Positions 62,972 to 64,000 of a stretch of DNA of 64,000 nucleotides are shown in pieces. Numbering within the stretch: position 1 is the first letter of the stretch; each line of letters starts with the position of its first letter. Made by a program: the position numbers and the translations under genes. Origin of the DNA: Podarcis filfolensis (Eukaryota). The notes beneath the pieces are model-generated. The model did not search any database. It saw only the letters and a program-made list of their open reading frames with translations, and was not told the DNA's origin. The DNA lies in the NCBI GenBank assembly GCA_964270895.1, contig OZ185440.1; one strand, given 5' to 3'.

Positions 62972-63405
62972 CTGAAGCAAAAATCCACCTTTAAATCTAC
63001 TCCCTCTTGTCTCCTCACATATTCAAGCCTTTAAGTTCAATATCAACAAAAGCTGCAACCTCACGCGATCTTGTGGCTTTCTCCATGCAGAAAGGCACAA
63101 CAGAACATCTTGATAATAAAGATCAGCGATGCTTTTTTTGCAAGCAAAACCCATCAACGAAAGCCCATTATTCTCTCCCCCCCGACTGATATATCCTTTA
63201 AATTTTTAATCTCCAGATCCTGCCAAAGCTACCGTCCTTTCTAGCACATATGTATACACTGCAGATATAAATCCCTGCCTAACCCACAGTGCTCCTGACT
63301 CCAGAATGTTCCCTGTACATTGATTCATGCAGTTCTGATTATAAAATGCTTAAAATTAGCCCACTGAACTGTAATTCAATATAATTTTCTGTTATTTATT
63401 CTAAT

Positions 63406-63545
63406 NNNNNNNNNNNNNNNNNNNNNNNNNNNNNNNNNNNNNNNNNNNNNNNNNNNNNNNNNNNNNNNNNNNNNNNNNNNNNNNNNNNNNNNNNNNNNNN
63501 NNNNNNNNNNNNNNNNNNNNNNNNNNNNNNNNNNNNNNNNNNNNN
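63406..63545. other. Assembly gap (140 N)
   Basis: Direct reading. Confidence 1.
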
Positions 63546-64000
63546 GAGCAGTGACATCAGCAGCATGCAGTCTATTGCTACACGACCAGAATGCAAAATT
63601 CATGAACAAATTTTTGCAAGGCTTCGAGAGTCAATACTTGAAAATTAAATGAGGAATTTACAAAACCAGTTTTATTCCTTCTTTTGTTAAAGCCCCATGT
63701 GCATTTTTCTTCTGTGTGTTTTGCTTTTTCATAAGAGGATAAGGAATTTTGCACTTTAAAAACTTGCATTCTATAAAGGAAACAAATTTACAATTAAAGA
63801 AAGCCTCTGGGAATTTATGCTATTCAATCTATAAAACAGAGCTATGAGTGCCTAGATAATCATCCATATCAGTGCAATGCCTTTATTAGGCCAACCAAAA
63901 TATCACACAGCTTTCATGTGCAAGCTTTTTAGTTCTTCATAAGACTCTTCATCAGCCTGGAAAATACCAAGCTTGCACACTACTTTTGAGACATTTTGAC

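Noticed and set aside
55409-64000. OSBPL9 PH exon encoding [26 protein letters not shown]
   Set aside because: Searched by eye and not found; presumably beyond the window or in the N gap
1-64000. CRISPR arrays, rRNA or prokaryotic operon-like systems
   Set aside because: Eukaryotic intron-exon DNA; no regularly spaced direct repeats or rRNA similarity

Overview
Vertebrate genomic DNA, very likely a lacertid lizard (Sauria/Squam SINEs, squamate CR1/L2, hAT and Tc1/mariner MITEs). Two genes converge tail-to-tail, as at human 1p32.3. NRDC (nardilysin, + strand) has 25 coding exons at 1233-21142, giving 2417 nt of continuous frame to TAA; its N-terminus and HXXEH site lie upstream of the window. 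OSBPL9 (ORP9, - strand) has 21 coding exons at 55408-23744, giving 1976 nt of continuous frame from the last PH helix through the FFAT motif and ORD to TAA; the first three PH exons were not found here. Exon boundaries were read by hand against recalled human protein sequences, and frame continuity was checked. Best leads: (1) an intronic CpG-island promoter with a Met-Ala-Cys first exon that joins in frame to give a PH-less ORP9; (2) a candidate unannotated 159-nt OSBPL9 exon at 62813-62971, phase-compatible with the PH-helix exon; (3) a 5'-half tRNA-Cys insertion with target-site duplication, resembling a tailless retropseudogene; (4) a GC-AG intron inside a run of symmetric mini-exons. There is a 140-N gap at 63406-63545. 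No wholly new gene system is evident; the novelty is at the isoform, regulatory and retroposition level.
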